This document shows positions 27,480 through 29,893 of a stretch of DNA of 29,893 nucleotides, in pieces (position 1 is the stretch's first letter; each line of letters opens with the position of its first letter). The notes beneath the pieces are model-generated. The model worked only from the letters and a program-made list of their open reading frames with translations, was not told the origin of the DNA and searched no databases. Location of the stretch: the IMG/VR virus record IMGVR_UViG_2061766007_000756. The stretch is one strand, 5' to 3'. The DNA is from an uncultured virus (IMG/VR IMGVR_UViG_2061766007_000756). Taxonomy: Duplodnaviria; Heunggongvirae; Uroviricota; Caudoviricetes. Position numbers and translations under genes: made by a program.

Positions 27480-27852
27480 AGCTAAGAATTTTGTTTTTTA
27501 TCAGAATTGGAGAGACTATATTAAATGTTTAGGTAGTCAAGCCGATCAGTTACAGTTATTGACGGCTATAATGGACTATGGAGTGACGGGAGAATATGAT
27601 GAACTAAGTATGTCGCCTATGGTTCGAAATACTTTTGCCACGATGATAAAACCTGCTATCGATCGTTCTCAGAAAAATTACGCTGAAAGTGTCGAATATG
27701 GAAAGACTCACGGAAGACCTCGGACAATTAATGACGATGCAATCAGGGATCTTGCTAAAGGCGGAATGAAGGCTGAGGCAATCGCAAAAGAGTTAGGAAT
27801 TAGTTTAACATCAGTCTATCATAGTGATGGATGGAAGAATCGTAAAAGTTAA
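27472..27852 (+). CDS. DUF6291-like replication-associated protein with a C-terminal HTH
   Basis: NFVFYQNW...LLTAIMDYG...IKPAIDR...GKTHGRP, then AEAIAKELGISLTSVY. Confidence 0.7.
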   Translation: MGEAKNFVFYQNWRDYIKCLGSQADQLQLLTAIMDYGVTGEYDELSMSPMVRNTFATMIKPAIDRSQKNYAESVEYGKTHGRPRTINDDAIRDLAKGGMKAEAIAKELGISLTSVYHSDGWKNRKS

Positions 27853-27895
27853 ACCTCAAGCGCCTTGACTTGAGGGTTGGCGCACTTCTCCTTAA

Positions 27896-28094
27896 GAATT
27901 TGCAAAAAGTGGGTAGGACTTTTTACAAGTTTAAGTGAAAATTTGCAAAAAGTCAAGGTAAAATTTGTAAAAACTTTTTGCAATTTTTGCAAGTTTTGAA
28001 TGAAAATGCATAGATAAAAATCCAAATTTGCAAAAGACTTTTTACAAAAAAAATGCCGTTTTTTGCAAAAAACCTTCGACTTTTTACAAATTTC
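27896..28094. repeat. iteron-like direct and inverted repeats; candidate replication origin
   Basis: Variants of AAATTTGYAAAAAGTC near 27897, 27939, 27961 and 28024; its reverse complement GACTTTTTACAA near 27918, 28036 and 28078. Confidence 0.6.
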
Positions 28095-28152
28095 ANNNNN
28101 NNNNNNTTTGATATAATGATAATAGAAAAAGAATATAAAAAAGAGGGATAAT

Positions 28153-28344
28153 ATGAAGCTGATTATTGAAGAAGAAGTTTTAGATGCTATTATTAAAGGA
28201 ATGTCAAATGAAATTAGACGGCAGGAAACAGAAATTGATAATCTTCGGCAAGAAGTAGAGTATTATAAATCTCGTTTAAAAAGATGGGANNNNNNNNNNN
28301 NNNNNNNNNNNNNNNNNNNNNNNNNGGGTGTTACTCGTAAGTGA
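28153..28344 (+). CDS. small coiled-coil protein; end uncertain because of a gap
   Basis: GAGGG RBS; RRQETEIDNLRQEVEYYK. Confidence 0.65.
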   Translation: MKLIIEEEVLDAIIKGMSNEIRRQETEIDNLRQEVEYYKSRLKRWXXXXXXXXXXXXXGVTRK

Positions 28345-28389
28345 TTTAGGGGAGGAATCGTTTTGGAAAATGAAGTGAAAAATTGTAAT

Positions 28390-28628
28390 ATGGAACAGAA
28401 AGAAAATGAAACGAAAATTCCACCGAAATGGTATGAGAGTGGATAGGTAACAGCTCCTNNNNNNNNNNNNNNNNNNNNNNNNNNNNNNNNNNNNNNNNNN
28501 NNNNNATTTTATATAGAACAGTATTGTATTTTAGAGGACATAAAGTAGCTGTATTAAATAGTGATAAAATATTATTTGATATACAAATGAATGATGAGAG
28601 TTTCTTTAATATAGATTTGTATTTATAA
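28390..28628 (+). CDS. hypothetical protein with an in-frame TAG (28444); spans a gap
   Basis: MEQKENETKIPPKWYESG[TAG]VTAP...ILYRTVLYFRG...DLYL*. Confidence 0.45.
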
Positions 28629-28637
28629 GGAAATAAT

Positions 28638-28871
28638 ATGAGTAAGCATGTAGGATTAACATATAATATGAGTAGTGAAGATAATTATCCTACTTATAAT
28701 TTTTTTACATATGAAGATAATGATGATATTACTATTTATCAAGATCTTACTGATGAAGAAATACAATATTTGAGTGCCCGAGCGCAATTAAAAAAGAGAA
28801 GAAAGCGTGAGGGCTTGGCGCACATGGAGGAATATGATGAGTCCGATGACAGAGGCGATTATGAGTATTAA
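28638..28871 (+). CDS. hypothetical protein
   Basis: 77 aa, AAGGA RBS. Confidence 0.7.
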   Translation: MSKHVGLTYNMSSEDNYPTYNFFTYEDNDDITIYQDLTDEEIQYLSARAQLKKRRKREGLAHMEEYDESDDRGDYEY

Positions 28872-29174
28872 TCATTTAAGTTGGCTTATTGATGAGTTAA
28901 GGAAAGAGANNNNNNNNNNNAGACATTACAAGGTATATTATTCTCTTATCAGTATGCTACTGGTATGGAACAGGTAAAGGGAAAAATGTGGAGACCTGTG
29001 GTAAAATCGGGAGCAGAGTCTGATGATAATTATGATAATTGGATGGATAAGTTAAATAAATGTAGTTGGGTAGATGAATTAAGTAAGTAGGGTGTTATGC
29101 GCTGTGAAGAGGGAGATAAGATAGTGTATCGGCCTACTAATGATTGGACTACTGGAGAGACAGTTATTAGATGA
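28861..29174 (+). CDS. hypothetical protein with an in-frame TAG (29088); spans a gap
   Basis: MSINHLSWLIDELRKE...DELSK[TAG]GVMRCEEGDKIVYRPTNDW...*. Confidence 0.5.
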
Positions 29175-29312
29175 GGAAAAATGGTGGGGTGAGAGNNNNN
29201 NNNNNGCCTGTGTTTGATTTTGTCGTCATCGTCACCGTAAAAAAAGAGAGAGTTGTCCTCTCTCTAATGGCATATGCAACTTAGTAATTAGCTGCAACTA
29301 AATTGTAACTAA

Positions 29313-29349
29313 AGAAACGCCCAGGTCTTCACCTGGGCTTTCTTTTTTT
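29313..29349. terminator. intrinsic terminator between convergent units
   Basis: GCCCAGGT-CTTC-ACCTGGGC followed by a T run; A-rich on the other side. Confidence 0.7.
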
Positions 29350-29421
29350 GGCAAATTCACTTAACGCAGNNNNNNNNNNACCCAGGTCTTCACCTGGGCT
29401 TTCTTTTTTTGGCAAATTCAC

Positions 29422-29814
29422 TTAACGCAGGCTCTGCAAAAAGGCCTTAAGTGCCTCTTCATCAGTCTTTGCCTTGGTCCCGCTCGGCTTCCGCTCGGGT
29501 GCCGGCGCAATTTCCTTGTTAAGTGCAGCACGCAACTCGTCCAAACTGTCCATTAGTTCCATAATGCCGTCGACAGCATTCTCGATCGCCTCATCGTCCA
29601 TGCCCTCTTCGTCAGCATACTTGCTGAAGAACGCGTTCATCGCCTTCACCATCTCGCGAGCGTCGTCACGGCGTGTTTCAACGCGCTTAGCTGCCTCCTG
29701 CTCGGCTTTGTATTCGTCTAGCGCGGCGTTGATATTGTCAGCCATCTTCTGGGCGATGTCAGATGCGTCGACACCATCGCGAAGCTGCGCCAGGATTTCA
29801 TCCTTAGTAAACAT
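29422..29814 (-). CDS. hypothetical helical protein
   Basis: 130 aa, AAGGAG RBS after the promoter at 29858. Confidence 0.8.
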   Translation of the reverse strand: MFTKDEILAQLRDGVDASDIAQKMADNINAALDEYKAEQEAAKRVETRRDDAREMVKAMNAFFSKYADEEGMDDEAIENAVDGIMELMDSLDELRAALNKEIAPAPERKPSGTKAKTDEEALKAFLQSLR

Positions 29815-29893
29815 AGCTATGCTCCTTCTGGTTTGTATTCTATTTTCTTACAATTATATTATAGCAAATTTTTTTATAATTTTCAACTCTGCT

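Noticed and set aside
27896..28094. Possible CRISPR array
   Set aside because: Repeats are short, degenerate, in both orientations and without regular spacers.
29319..29429. ~50-bp direct duplication of the terminator and gene end
   Set aside because: The copies flank a 10-N gap, so this is most likely a scaffolding overlap artefact.

Overview
Segment of a large phage genome, probably infecting Clostridia/Bacillota, from a gapped (likely metagenomic) assembly. Almost everything is transcribed from the minus strand by 17 near-identical sigma-A-type promoters. Bases ~740-16550 are an RNA-rich array: about 30 tRNA genes (several non-canonical, most without encoded CCA), a tmRNA, and a tRNA-Leu(UAA) carrying a group I intron with an HNH gene. 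It also holds a tRNA-Thr(UGU) split by a PD-(D/E)XK endonuclease gene with no ribozyme core, an HDV-like (theta-type) ribozyme at the 3' end of tRNA-Tyr, a ~610-nt ROOL/GOLLD-class RNA and many unassigned structured RNAs. Seven of these share a terminal stem plus an ACAGCAA-type motif, and most enclose tRNA-derived modules. One has the circularly permuted T-acceptor-D layout of bacterial Y RNAs; this family is my best candidate for an undescribed system. The phage appears to read TAG as Gln: in-frame TAGs interrupt otherwise intact genes for a C39-like peptidase, an NlpC/P60-like amidase, an RHH regulator and two small proteins, and no credible gene ends in TAG. The right half encodes two paralogous Zn-ribbon proteins, an M28-like peptidase, a U32-like protein, a uracil permease, an FNT-like channel, and a DUF6291-like replication protein followed by an iteron-like repeat field. 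All family assignments are by-eye motif recognition, not database searches.
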